Assembly (NCBI GenBank): GCA_047602475.1 | Contig: JASGHE010000005.1 | Span: 59,684 to 123,683, forward strand | Direction: 5' to 3' | Source of the DNA: Gemmatales bacterium | Lineage (GTDB): Bacteria > Planctomycetota > Planctomycetia > Gemmatales > HRBIN36 | DNA length: 64,000 nucleotides | Shown: piece by piece, positions 38,841-48,851 of the stretch | How positions within the stretch are numbered: position 1 is the first letter of the stretch | Layout of the letters: the number at the start of each line of letters is the position of its first letter | Notes under the pieces: model-generated | Told to the model about the DNA's origin: nothing | The model's database searches: none | Seen by the model: only the letters and a program-made list of their open reading frames with translations | Program-made: the position numbers and the translations under genes

Positions 38841-39659
38841 CTACAACTCAAACTCCTTCACGTTCGGCACCGACTGTGGCTGCACATCAATGTAAGTGTA
38901 TTTCTCCATCAACCGGCCAGGCTTGCCGCCCTCTGTCGGCCATTCGTAGCCTTCCATACGCACAGGTAACCCCGTGGCTTTATCGAAGTAGATCTTCACT
39001 GTGTGAAACATGTACTTGTCTTTCGCCGACATCGGATGATCAGTCTCCACACAGCGGCAGGGATAACTGTACTTCTTTTTGTTGACTGTAGCTTCGATGG
39101 TGGCATCGCTGTACCGGGCGTTGGTTTCGTTCACTTTGCTCTCTTCCTCCCAGGAAGCGACGAACCGATCAACCAGATTCTTAAGCCCCGCTTCGGCAAT
39201 CGTATGCCGGCTCTCCTTCAAGGAAATACTTTCGTTGATGTCCAAGACCTTGCGGACGAAGAGCTGCTTGACAATCATCTTGCCATCGTACTTGCCGGTA
39301 GCATAAACCGCCTTGCGGCCTGACTTGATCTTGGGCTCGGCCCACTCCATCATCACGCTGAACGGCTCATGCATTACCGCAAGCATCAGCGAGTTTTCCT
39401 GCATGGCATTGTCGATGCGTTCATCGCGCAGATAGATGCACTTGTAGCCGGGCATCTTGTTGAGGCTCGCTTGAGCAGCCTTGGCAAGGGCAAGGGCCTC
39501 AGTCAGGTTGCCGTTAGTCGTTTCCGACGTCTGGTTGGCACCGACATTGGCATTGTGGACCGATCCATCGAACAGCCCGTACGACCAGGCAGCAAAGACA
39601 CCGCATCCGCTCAGCACCAGTAGGCCTACGCCGATTTTGACCAGGGTTCTCTTACACAT
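38841..39659 (-). CDS. Lipoprotein, DUF1571-like (LolA-like fold family)
   Basis: ORF trimmed to ATG 39659, which follows GGAGGT. MCKRTLVKIGVGLLVLSGC lipobox. MPGYKCIYLRDERI...HEPFSVMMEWAEPKIKSGRKAVYATGKYDGKMIV resembles DUF1571 (by eye). Confidence 0.5.
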   Translation of the reverse strand: MCKRTLVKIGVGLLVLSGCGVFAAWSYGLFDGSVHNANVGANQTSETTNGNLTEALALAKAAQASLNKMPGYKCIYLRDERIDNAMQENSLMLAVMHEPFSVMMEWAEPKIKSGRKAVYATGKYDGKMIVKQLFVRKVLDINESISLKESRHTIAEAGLKNLVDRFVASWEEESKVNETNARYSDATIEATVNKKKYSYPCRCVETDHPMSAKDKYMFHTVKIYFDKATGLPVRMEGYEWPTEGGKPGRLMEKYTYIDVQPQSVPNVKEFEL

Positions 39660-39750
39660 GGCTACGACCTCCGTGTTCAGTGACACCAGACTCGAACAAA
39701 GGCATCCATACCTATAATCATATCGATGTCATTCCACTATGTGAATTACC

Positions 39751-40398
39751 ATGAATGCCCCGAAACTGCAAGTCGTCTCTATCCTCTCGATGCCCTTCGC
39801 CGAGAACAGCTACCTCGTTTTCAGGCAGGGCAGCCCGGAAGCGATCATTATCGATCCCGGCCTGGAACCCGATCTGATCCTCGATGAAGTCCGCAAACGC
39901 AATCTCAAGATCGTCGCCATCCTCAACACGCATGGCCACGCTGACCACATTGCCGGCAACGAAGCAATGAAGGATGCCTTCCCAAACGCTCCACTTCTCA
40001 TCGGCACCGGCGACGCAGCTATGCTGACCAATGCCAACCTGAACCTGAGTGCCCCGTTCGGCATGCCCATCGTCAGCCCGCCCGCTGATCAACTGCTCAA
40101 CGAAGGCGACACCGTCGATCATGCCGGTATCAAGTTCAAGGTGCGTGACATTCCCGGCCATTCTCCCGGCCACATCGTCTTCATCGCCGAGGACGAGACC
40201 CCGGTGAAAGTCTTCGGCGGCGACACCCTCTTCGTCGGCAGCATCGGCCGCACCGACTTCCCGGGGGGTAGTTTGGAAGTGCTATTAGATGGCATTCGTA
40301 AAAAGCTGTTCACTCTGCCCGATGATACCATCGTCTTCCCAGGCCACAACGAACCCACAACGGTCGGCACAGAGAAGCGTGAGAATCCGTATCTGTAG
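39751..40398 (+). CDS. MBL-fold metallo-hydrolase (hydroxyacylglutathione hydrolase-like)
   Basis: 215 aa. NTHGHADHIAGN (HxHxDH) and the downstream H and D ligands. Confidence 0.9.
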   Translation: MNAPKLQVVSILSMPFAENSYLVFRQGSPEAIIIDPGLEPDLILDEVRKRNLKIVAILNTHGHADHIAGNEAMKDAFPNAPLLIGTGDAAMLTNANLNLSAPFGMPIVSPPADQLLNEGDTVDHAGIKFKVRDIPGHSPGHIVFIAEDETPVKVFGGDTLFVGSIGRTDFPGGSLEVLLDGIRKKLFTLPDDTIVFPGHNEPTTVGTEKRENPYL

Positions 40399-40486
40399 GG
40401 CACGCTGTGCGTGCCTCACCAAGGCTTGCACTATTTCCCTTAGCGACGAGACACTTTCATTGTGAGGCACGCACAGCGTGCCCTAC
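40395..40486. repeat. Repeat family A, copy A4
   Basis: GTAGGGCACGCTGTGCGTGCCTC...GAGGCACGCACAGCGTGCCCTAC. The TAG at 40396-40398 is the stop of the MBL hydrolase gene. Confidence 0.85.
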
Positions 40487-40493
40487 AAATACT

Positions 40494-41702
40494 CTACATC
40501 AACCGAAACACCAGACACTTCAAATACGAAGTCTCCGGACACGCCAATGACACCGGATGATCCGCGGGCTGACCATGCCGTTCTAAAATCTGCAGCGGCT
40601 GCTTCGCCTCAGTCGCCACCTGGGCAGTGATCTCCTCCAGCTCTTGCATCTTGATCAACCCGGAACAGCAACACAGTACCAGAATCCCGCCCGGATTGAG
40701 CAGTTGCAGTGACAGAGCCTGCAAGCGACGATATCCTTTCAGCGCTGTATCGACCGCTGACTGATTGCGAGCAAACTTTGGCGGATCGAGCACGACCAGA
40801 TCAAACTTCTCACTCGCCTGCACCGCCTGCTCAAGGTACTTGAACACATCGGAACGTTCGACCGTCACACGGTCGCTGACCTGATTCAGTTCAGCATTCT
40901 GCTTCGCCAGTTCGAGCGCTCCCTCGGAGCCATCGACACACAACACGCTACTTGCCCCAGCCTTAGCCGCATGCAACCCGAAGCCGCCGCTGTAGCTGAA
41001 GGCATCCAGCATCCGCCGGCCCTGAGCGTATTTAGCCACAGCCAGATGATTATCACGCTGATCGAGATAGAACCCCGTCTTCTGCCCTTCAGCCAGATTC
41101 ACCTGGAAGCGGACGCCATTCTCGTCGATGATGATCGGTTCGGTCGGCATCGTTCCAAACACCGGGCCGTCCTGAAGCTCCAGCCCCTCTTGTTCACCGA
41201 TACCCCGCTCCGTCCGCAGGTAGATGGCCAACGGTTCCAGCAACTCAGCCAACAGGGCAATGATCATCTTCTTCCGCTGCACCAGTCCCAGGCTGGTGAA
41301 CTGCACCACCAGGTAGCGATCATACTGATCGACCGTCAGCCCGCTCAGCCCATCACTTTCGGAGAAGACCAACCGACACGCCTTACCCGGCCCGGTGAGT
41401 CGCAGCACATCCTTGCGAAAGGTGATAGCCTTGGTCAACTGCTTGCGAAAGAAAGCTTCATCAATCTGTTGTTCATAATCCCACGAATAGAGCCTGACCC
41501 GCAGCCTGCTTTTGGCGTTGTAGATGCCATGAGCGATGAACGCTCCGCCATGGGCATAGACTTCGACCGCAGCCCCATCTTTGGGCTCGCCCTCGATCTC
41601 AGCAATCGCCCCGGGAAACACCCACGGATGCCGGGCATAGAACGGCTTGGCACGGCGAGGCAGTAGCACAATACGAGCGGTCATCGCAGCATTCTTTCTC
41701 AA
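40494..41702 (-). CDS. rlmI: Class I SAM-dependent rRNA methyltransferase, RlmI-like (PUA + MTase)
   Basis: 402 aa. N-terminal RRAKPFYARHPWVFPGAI (RlmI/PUA start). MTase motifs LDAFSYSGGFGLHAA and VVLDPPKF. Start may be the internal ATG 41684. Confidence 0.85.
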   Translation of the reverse strand: MRKNAAMTARIVLLPRRAKPFYARHPWVFPGAIAEIEGEPKDGAAVEVYAHGGAFIAHGIYNAKSRLRVRLYSWDYEQQIDEAFFRKQLTKAITFRKDVLRLTGPGKACRLVFSESDGLSGLTVDQYDRYLVVQFTSLGLVQRKKMIIALLAELLEPLAIYLRTERGIGEQEGLELQDGPVFGTMPTEPIIIDENGVRFQVNLAEGQKTGFYLDQRDNHLAVAKYAQGRRMLDAFSYSGGFGLHAAKAGASSVLCVDGSEGALELAKQNAELNQVSDRVTVERSDVFKYLEQAVQASEKFDLVVLDPPKFARNQSAVDTALKGYRRLQALSLQLLNPGGILVLCCCSGLIKMQELEEITAQVATEAKQPLQILERHGQPADHPVSLACPETSYLKCLVFRLM

Positions 41703-41782
41703 GATCGGATCAGAAGGACTGTTCTATGATTTGTCCTCCTTAGAATGCAGTACGAAATGGCCGCAAGCCAGTAAACTGACAA

Positions 41783-41862
41783 GGATACCAGCCCACAGTG
41801 CGTAGCAAGGGAAGCGCGTCCAATCGTAATGATTCCCTTGCTAGCGCTGCGGGCTGGTATCC
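41783..41862. repeat. Repeat family D, copy D1 (80-nt palindromic element)
   Basis: GGATACCAGCCCACAGTGCGTAGCAAGGGAAGCG...GATTCCCTTGCTAGCGCTGCGGGCTGGTATCC. Confidence 0.85.
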
Positions 41863-41888
41863 AAACGAACCAATATTCAGGTGTAACA

Positions 41889-43958
41889 ATGAACCGCTAC
41901 TTATTAGCCATGCTACTATTGGGAGGATTAGTGATGACGAGCCAGGGCGACGAGGGCATGTGGCTCTTCAGCAATCCTCCGAAACAACAGCTCAAAGAAA
42001 AGTACCAGATCGAACTTAAGGACGACTGGCTCAAACACCTGCAACTCTCCTCCGTTCGCTTGAACAACGGCGGCTCCGGCAGCTTCGTCTCCCCCAAAGG
42101 CTTGCTGTTGACCAACCACCACGTCGGGGCCGATGCCTTGCAAAAGCTCAGCCCGCCCAACAAGGACTATTACCTGGATGGCTTCACCGCCAAGACCGTT
42201 GCCGATGAACTCAAGTGCCCCGATCTTGAAGTGAACGTGCTGCAAGAGATCATCGATGTCACCAAACAGGTCAACGACGCTGTCAAGCCTGGCATGGATG
42301 CTTCCCAGTCAAACGCCGCCCGCCGTGCCGTGATGGCAGCCATCGAAAAGGAATCGCTGGAGAAGACAGGACTCCGCAGCGATGTTGTCACCCTCTACCA
42401 GGGCGGCCTCTATCACCTTTACCGATACAAGAAGTACACCGATGTCCGTCTCGTCTTCGCCCCGGAGAAAGCCATCGCCAGCTTCGGCGGCGATGTCGAT
42501 AACTTCGAGTTCCCCCGCTACAACCTCGACATCTGCTTCTTCCGGGTCTACGAGAACGACAAGTCACTCGAAACCAAGAACTATCTGAAGTGGTCGCCCA
42601 GCGGCCCCAAGGAAGGGGAAGTAGTCTTCGTCAGTGGCCATCCGGGAACGACTCAGCGTTTGGAGACCTACGAACGCCTTCGCTTTCGCCGTGACTTCAT
42701 CCTTCCCTACAGCCTCACTCGGCTGAACAATCGTGAAGCCAATCTACTGCAGTTCTCCGCCAAGAGTCCCACCCATGCCAAGTGGGCCCAGAAGGATCTC
42801 TACAGCACCGCCAACTCTCGCAAGGCGTTCAGCGGGCAGTATCAGGGACTGCTTGACACCTCCATCATGCAATCGAAACGTGATCAGGAGCAGAAACTTC
42901 TGGAACAATTGAAGACGTCTGACCCTAATCTCGGAACCTTGACCAACGGTTCGTTCGCTATGATAGCCTCAAGCCAGGCCATCCTGACGGGTTTCTACTA
43001 CGAACTATCGCTAATGGAAACCGGCGATGCTTTCGATTCAACGCTGTTCAAGATCGCCCGTGATATCGTTCGTCTCAATGATGAAAAGACCAAGCCCAAC
43101 GGCGAGCGTTTGCGAGAGTATCGAGACTCCGCTCGCTCTTCTCTTGAACTGGCCCTCTTCTCGCCGGCGCCGATCCATCCCGAAGTCGAACAGTCCAAGC
43201 TGGCTGCGTCGCTCACTTTTATGGCCCAGCGACTGGGAGCTGAACATCCCATCACGGTCAAAGTGCTCAAGGGCAAGTCGCCCGCCGCCCGTGCCACCGA
43301 GTTGATCCAAGGCACTTCCCTCATTGATGTCGCAACCCGTAAGAAGCTCGCCGCCGATGCAACTGCTTTGAAAGAAAGCACCGATCCGATGATCCAGTTG
43401 GTGCGTGAGATCGATCAAGAAGCCCGTGCCCTCCGCAAGAAGTACGAAGAAACCGTCGAAGAACCCGAACGCCAGGCCTACGCCACCATCGCCAATGCCA
43501 AGTTCGCCGTCTTCGGCACCAACATCGCCCCCGATGCCACCTTTACCCTCCGCCTCGCCTATGGCACCGTGAAGGGTTACGAAGTAGATGGCAAGAAGCT
43601 GAGCTACCACACCACGCTGAACGGAGCCTTTGAACGTGAGAAAGAGAATGCCGGCACCCCGCCATTCGATCTGCCCAAACGCTGGATCGATGGCAAGGAC
43701 AAGCTGAACCTCACTACTCCCTTCGACTTCGTCAGCACTGCCGACACCATCGGCGGCAACAGCGGCAGCCCGGTCGTCAATGCCAAGGGCGAGTTCGTCG
43801 GAATCAACTTTGACCGCAACCGCCATGGCCTGGTTCGTAACTTTGTCTATACCGACGAACAGGCAAGGCACATCGCCGTTCATTCCGAAGCGATCAAGGA
43901 AGCGTTGTACAAACTCTACGACGTGCAACCTCTGCTCGAGGAACTCGGTGTCCGCTAA
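41889..43958 (+). CDS. S46 family serine peptidase (dipeptidyl-peptidase 7/11-like)
   Basis: ORF 41829 trimmed to ATG 41889 (MNRYLLAMLLLGGLVMTSQG signal). Mature N-terminus DEGMWLF. TNHHV (His) and GGNSGSPV (Ser). Confidence 0.9.
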   Translation: MNRYLLAMLLLGGLVMTSQGDEGMWLFSNPPKQQLKEKYQIELKDDWLKHLQLSSVRLNNGGSGSFVSPKGLLLTNHHVGADALQKLSPPNKDYYLDGFTAKTVADELKCPDLEVNVLQEIIDVTKQVNDAVKPGMDASQSNAARRAVMAAIEKESLEKTGLRSDVVTLYQGGLYHLYRYKKYTDVRLVFAPEKAIASFGGDVDNFEFPRYNLDICFFRVYENDKSLETKNYLKWSPSGPKEGEVVFVSGHPGTTQRLETYERLRFRRDFILPYSLTRLNNREANLLQFSAKSPTHAKWAQKDLYSTANSRKAFSGQYQGLLDTSIMQSKRDQEQKLLEQLKTSDPNLGTLTNGSFAMIASSQAILTGFYYELSLMETGDAFDSTLFKIARDIVRLNDEKTKPNGERLREYRDSARSSLELALFSPAPIHPEVEQSKLAASLTFMAQRLGAEHPITVKVLKGKSPAARATELIQGTSLIDVATRKKLAADATALKESTDPMIQLVREIDQEARALRKKYEETVEEPERQAYATIANAKFAVFGTNIAPDATFTLRLAYGTVKGYEVDGKKLSYHTTLNGAFEREKENAGTPPFDLPKRWIDGKDKLNLTTPFDFVSTADTIGGNSGSPVVNAKGEFVGINFDRNRHGLVRNFVYTDEQARHIAVHSEAIKEALYKLYDVQPLLEELGVR

Positions 43959-44032
43959 TACCAGCCCGCTGCGCTAGCAAGGGAGACGCATGCAATCGCA
44001 AGGCTTCCCTCGCTAGCGCTTCGGGCTGGTAT
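43958..44032. repeat. Repeat family D, copy D2
   Basis: ATACCAGCCCGCTGCGCTAGCAAGGGAGACGC...GGCTTCCCTCGCTAGCGCTTCGGGCTGGTAT. It begins at the last base of the S46 stop codon. A half copy is at 20413-20451. Confidence 0.85.
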
Positions 44033-44044
44033 GGAGAAGAACCC

Positions 44045-44941
44045 ATGGCCCGCCCCCCCTTCGCCCAGTTCGTTCGAGACGCCCAGCAACGTGGCAAGCT
44101 CATCCTCCTCGATGGTCCGATGGGCACCGAACTCCAGCACTCCGGCCTCGATTTCGAAAAGGAACTGAGCCACCACTGGAACGAGTCGCATCCGAACGCC
44201 ATCGAAGTCGTCTACGAAGACTACGTCAATGCCGGGGCAGATGTGTTGTTGACGAACACCTTCAGCGCTCATCTAGGCTACATGAAGGGAGAGGTAAATT
44301 GGCAGGCCTCTGTCAAGGCAGGCATCGAACTCGCCCGCCTGCCCGAATGGGATCATCTCTACGCCATCGGCAGCGTCGGTACAGCCGTGGGCAAAGACGA
44401 TCAAGCCATTCCAGCAGTCCTCGCCGTCATACAAAGTCTGGCCGGTTGCGATGCTCTCCTCGTCGAAACGCAGAATCGACTGGATCGGATGCGGGCACTG
44501 ATGACGGATTTGCTCACCGCACCGCCGACAGCGCCCCTGATGATGTCGTTTTCCTTCAGCCGCCTGCCCCGCCAGGACAAGTGCTGGCTGGTCGAAACCA
44601 TCAACGGCGAAGAACGCACCCCCAAAGATATTGGCCGCTGGGCGAACGATCATTCTGAAAATCTCTTAGCTCTGGGTGCCAACTGCGGGGCTAATCTCCG
44701 ATTGGACGATTTCGTGAAGATCGCCCGAGATTATCGCAGCCAGACTGATCTACCTCTGCTAATCAAGCCCGGCATCACGCCGACCATCGAATGCGAGTTT
44801 ACACCGAAAGAGTATGCTGCCAAGGTCAAGGACTTCGCTGACGCCGGGGTGACACTCCTCGGTGGCTGCTGCGGCACTACCCCAGCCCACATCGCTGCCT
44901 TGCGGAAAGAAATTGATCGATTGGAACTCGGCTGGCAGTAG
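44045..44941 (+). CDS. Homocysteine S-methyltransferase family protein
   Basis: 298 aa. LLDGPMGTELQ start, zinc-Cys context LGANCG and LLGGCCGTTPAHIAAL. Confidence 0.85.
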   Translation: MARPPFAQFVRDAQQRGKLILLDGPMGTELQHSGLDFEKELSHHWNESHPNAIEVVYEDYVNAGADVLLTNTFSAHLGYMKGEVNWQASVKAGIELARLPEWDHLYAIGSVGTAVGKDDQAIPAVLAVIQSLAGCDALLVETQNRLDRMRALMTDLLTAPPTAPLMMSFSFSRLPRQDKCWLVETINGEERTPKDIGRWANDHSENLLALGANCGANLRLDDFVKIARDYRSQTDLPLLIKPGITPTIECEFTPKEYAAKVKDFADAGVTLLGGCCGTTPAHIAALRKEIDRLELGWQ

Positions 44942-44988
44942 TATTGCTCCCCTCTCCCCACCGGGGAGAGGGGCTGGGGGTGAGGGGG
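44939..44988 (+). repeat. Repeat family B, copy B4 (starts at the stop codon of the methyltransferase gene)
   Basis: TAGTATTGCTCCCCTCTCCCCACCGGGGAGAGGGGCTGGGGGTGAGGGGG. Confidence 0.85.
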
Positions 44989-45020
44989 ATACTAGATCGA
45001 GTTCACCCATGCTGGTATTG

Positions 45021-45199
45021 GCTCCAAGGGAGCCCTCGGTATTAGCCAGGCCCGGAAGGGCCTGGTATGAGCAACAATAAACATCCAAGCTCCGTAGGAG
45101 CGCTCGAAGCCTCGAGCGCCTCCTACGGAGCTTCGGCACATCTTCACTTCCTAACCAGGCCCTTCCGGGCCTGGCTAATATCGAATGCTCCTTCGAAGC
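45021..45199. repeat. Repeat family H: ~180-nt nested palindrome
   Basis: Outer arms GCTCCAAGGGAGCCCTCGGTATTAGCCAGGCCCGGAAGGGCCTGGT / ACCAGGCCCTTCCGGGCCTGGCTAATATCGAATGCTCCTTCGAAGC. Inner palindrome AAGCTCCGTAGGAGCGCTCGA-AGCC-TCGAGCGCCTCCTACGGAGCTT. Confidence 0.8.
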
Positions 45200-45320
45200 A
45201 AAGACTCTTCACACAAACACTCATTTCCCACTATCCCCCTTGCCCTCATCGTACATTCTTTGGTACTTATGCATTATCAGCATCGCGCGCACCCGCAGCC
45301 TCCGTCGGAAGGTCGAGATC

Positions 45321-46927
45321 ATGCCCCATCCCCTGTTCAGCCCTGAAGTCCGCCTGCTGCTCGAAGAGAATGATCTTCAGGGAATGGCGGCGTTCGTCGA
45401 AAACCTTCACCCCGCCACCGTGGCTGAATCTCTCGACGATCTCCCAGCAGCCGATATCTGGAAGTTCCTTCGCAGCGCCCCGATTCAACAGCAGGCGCTC
45501 GTCTTTGAATACTTCACCCACGAGAAACAGGAAGAACTCGCCCTCGGCACCGGTCGGGAAGACATGGCCAAGCTGATCGAAAAGATGTCACATGATGATC
45601 GTGTTGATCTCTTGCGTCGCCTGGCACCCTCAGTTTCCGAAGCACTTATTCGCTTAGTCGACGAAGCTGACCGCCGTGATATTGCCATGCTGGTCAAGTA
45701 CCCCGAAGGCACCGCCGGCGGCGTGATGACCACCGACTACGCCTGGCTGCCTGAAGGCCTCTCCGTCGGCGAGGCCCTCGAAAGGCTCAGGTTGCAGGCA
45801 CCCAACACTGAAACGCTTTACTACATCTATGTCCTCGATAATGACCGCCATCTGCTGGGCATCGTCAGCTCCGCGATCTCATCCTGGCCCATAGACACAC
45901 CCTGCTGCGCAATCTGATGGAGACCGATACCTACACCGTCAAAGCCGATGATGATCGTGAAGAAGTCGCTCAGATGATCGCCCGCTACGATTTGCTGGCC
46001 ATCCCCGTCGTCGATGCCGAGAACCATCTGATCGGCATTGTGACCCATGATGACGTCGTCGACGTTCTAGTGGAAGCTGCCACCGAAGACGCTGAGCGCA
46101 TGGGCGCTGTCGTGCCCATCGGCGAGAACTACATGGAAGCCAACTTCTTCCGTGTCTGGCGAAGCCGTGTCGTGTGGTTATCCCTTCTCTTCGTGGCGGA
46201 ACTCTTTACCTTTACCGCCCTGGAACACTTCGAGGACGCCATCAAGGCAGTGACTGTACTCGGCCTGTTCATTCCACTCTGCATCTCGACCGGCGGTAAC
46301 TCGGGCTCGCAGGCCGCGACGCTGATCACCCGCGCCCTGGCCCTGCGGCAAGTCACCAACCGCCAGTGGTGGAAAGTCTTGCGGAAAGAGCTGATCATGG
46401 GAGTCGTTTTGGGTCTCTCGCTCGGCGCGATCGGTTATGTGCGCGCGTCTCTGACCCATGAAACGACTCTGCGCAGTGATGAGGTAAGAGATCATCCGTT
46501 TGAAGTAGAGCTACCGGCAGGAGCAGTGTTGCAACAAAACCCCGAAGGCAAGTACCTTCTACCTCCAGGCCTCGTGCAGCAAGTTGGTTTGACGACCCGT
46601 CGTGAAAGCCAGGTAGCAGTACCTCCCGGCCAGGCTCCGCAGGTGATCAAGAAAGACGGTAAAAACATTGTCCAGTTCCCTGCCAAGAGCACCTACAGTG
46701 CCTCGCAGATTGATCGCTGGACGCTCGCCATCATCGTTTCCTGTGCCGTCGCCGCCATCTGCCTGCTCGGCACCGTCGTGGGTGCGTTGCTGCCGCTGCT
46801 CTTCAAAACTCTTGGCTTCGATCCAGCCCTGGCCTCCAGCCCTTTCGTCGCCACCGCCGTCGATGTCACCGGTATCGTGATCTTCTTCAACATCGCATGC
46901 TGGTGGATTCCGGGCCTGGCGGGGTAG
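45321..46927 (+). pseudogene. mgtE: Magnesium transporter MgtE, one frameshift (~45869)
   Basis: Start ATG 45321 (MPHPLFSPEV). N-domain, CBS pair and TM domain (PLCISTGGNSGSQAATLITRALA; DPALASSPFVATAVDVTG). HLLGIVS | LRDLILAHRHTLLRNLMETD is restored by adding one C near 45869. Pieces are 45240-45917 and 45917-46927. Confidence 0.9.
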
Positions 46928-46991
46928 TCGTTTTCTCCCCTCTTCCCCGGAGGGAGAAGGATTGGGGGTGAGGGGGAGCATTGCACAGGCT
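46925..46991 (+). repeat. Repeat family B, copy B5 (starts at the mgtE stop codon)
   Basis: TAGTCGTTTTCTCCCCTCTTCCCCGGAGGGAGAAGGATTGGGGGTGAGGGGGAGCATTGCACAGGCT. Confidence 0.85.
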
Positions 46992-47104
46992 CCCTTATGC
47001 ATGTTGAACCAACCGAGCCAGCATCTCTTCACTCAGCACAAACGGCCTCCGTGGAATCGCCTCCAGCGAGAAACTTGCCAGCAACTCCTGTAGCGCCATC
47101 GGCT

Positions 47105-47935
47105 TCACCTCTGGTAACCATCCACACGACCACCAATCCACCCCAGGAACTTCTCCACACTGACACCCTGTTCCCGCAGCGTCGCCAGCCGAGCATCGCC
47201 ATGCCGCTTGGCCAATCGCCTGCCATCAGTACCCACTACCAACGGCACATGACCGAACTTCGGCGCAGCATTGCCAAGGGCCTGATACAAGAGAATCTGC
47301 CGTGGCGTCGAAGGGATCAGATCATTCCCGCGAATGACTTCAGTGATCCCCATCTCCGCATCATCGACCACCACAGCCAACTGATAGGCAGGCGTATTGT
47401 TGTTCTTCCAGACGACGAAGTCACCTCCATATTCAATTCGTGGCTTTACTTCTCCGCAGATCAGATCATGGTAGCTGGGTACCGGCGTGGCGGTACGAAA
47501 CCGCCAGGCATACGGACGATCAGTAATAGTCTTTGCATCAGAAACACTTCGCCTTGAACAGGTGCCAGGGTAGGGGGGAAGCTCATGCTCCAGATGCGGA
47601 GCGCTGGCGGCCTGTTCGATATCCTTTCGAGTACAGGTGCAAGGATACACCAATTCCCCTTTCTTCAGCACCTGAAGGGCCGCTTCGTACCTGGCGATTC
47701 TGCTGGTTTGAATAATCGGGCCTTCATCCCAGCTCAGGCCCAACCAAAGCAGCTCCTCCTGAATCTGCTGGGTAGCTTCCATCTTCACACGAGGCGAATC
47801 GATGTCCTCAATGCGAAGTAGTACCTTGCCTTCCTGCTGCCGGGCAGATAGCCATGCAATCAGGTATGTGCGGGCATTCCCGATATGCTGCGAACCAGTG
47901 GGTGAAGGCGCCAATCGCCCAAGTGGGGTGTTCAT
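47105..47935 (-). CDS. gluQ: Glutamyl-Q tRNA(Asp) synthetase-like (truncated GluRS paralog)
   Basis: ORF trimmed to ATG 47935 (MNTPLGRLAPSPTGSQHIGNARTYL). RIEDID block. The length (~276 aa) lacks an anticodon-binding domain. Confidence 0.8.
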   Translation of the reverse strand: MNTPLGRLAPSPTGSQHIGNARTYLIAWLSARQQEGKVLLRIEDIDSPRVKMEATQQIQEELLWLGLSWDEGPIIQTSRIARYEAALQVLKKGELVYPCTCTRKDIEQAASAPHLEHELPPYPGTCSRRSVSDAKTITDRPYAWRFRTATPVPSYHDLICGEVKPRIEYGGDFVVWKNNNTPAYQLAVVVDDAEMGITEVIRGNDLIPSTPRQILLYQALGNAAPKFGHVPLVVGTDGRRLAKRHGDARLATLREQGVSVEKFLGWIGGRVDGYQR

Positions 47936-48111
47936 TTTGTGAAGAGTGTGAATTGCATCAGATCGATCATCATTCCCGGGGACGTTCGCTGTCTTACCTG
48001 TTTTACCAAAACTATTGCATATGTGAGACTCGCTAAAGTAACGACAGCCAATTCGTCTTCTCAAACAACGGATTTGCAGGTATAGGCCCACTCGAATCAG
48101 TTTCTTTTCCT

Positions 48112-48763
48112 TTGGATCATCGAGAATACATGCGCAGCTTGCATGTCAACATGATTTTCACACTGGCCCTGTTCACAGGTTGCTCTAATACCGCTCCACG
48201 TCACTATGGAGCGGAACAGCTGAATCAGCAAGGTGTGAAATACCTGACAAGTAACGATTTGCCCAAGGCTCACGAAAAATTCGTCGAGGCTTGGAAAGTG
48301 GAACCTCAAAACGCCGAAACCTTGTACAACCTCGCCAGCACGTATCATCGAAAAGGCCAGACTGCCGACGCCGAGAAATACTATCGTCAGGCATTGCAGC
48401 TAAAACCCCAATTCGAAGAGTGCAGACATAACTACTACCTGCTTCTCGTTTCGGAAAATCGGACAGCCGAAGCTCGAAGCGATGCCGAGAAGTGGCTGCA
48501 ACTCAACAAAAAGTCTGCTGATGCGCACACTGAACTGGGCTGGCTCATGCGAATGGAAGGCAACCTGCCACAGGCTCAGAATAATCTACAAAAGGCGAAT
48601 TACCATCGATCCGCACAACACCGAAGCTCTGCTGGAAATGGGAAAACTCTATCAGGATTACCACCTCAATGATCGTGCCCAGGGATTATTCCAGCGTGTG
48701 CTGCAGCAGGACCCGACGAATCAGGAAGCGAAAGCCCTGCTCACCGGCTCGCCTAAGAAGTAG
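48112..48763 (+). pseudogene. TPR-repeat lipoprotein, one frameshift (~48598)
   Basis: Lipobox MIFTLALFTGC. TPR units follow. AQNNLQKA | ITIDPHNTEALLEMGKLYQDYHLNDRAQGLFQRVLQQDP is restored by removing one A near 48598. Pieces are 48112-48672 and 48482-48763. Confidence 0.7.
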
Positions 48764-48851
48764 CCACGGTTTCCCGCGCCACTTGATAATCGAACGAAAA
48801 GACGTTAAATAACCTCGTCCACGTCATATCGTGAACGCACGGGGCCTCGTC

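Noticed and set aside
44942-45320. M-box (Mg) riboswitch upstream of mgtE
   Set aside because: The spacer is explained by repeat copy B4 and the nested palindrome H. I could not find M-box-like conserved segments by eye. This needs an Rfam scan to be certain.
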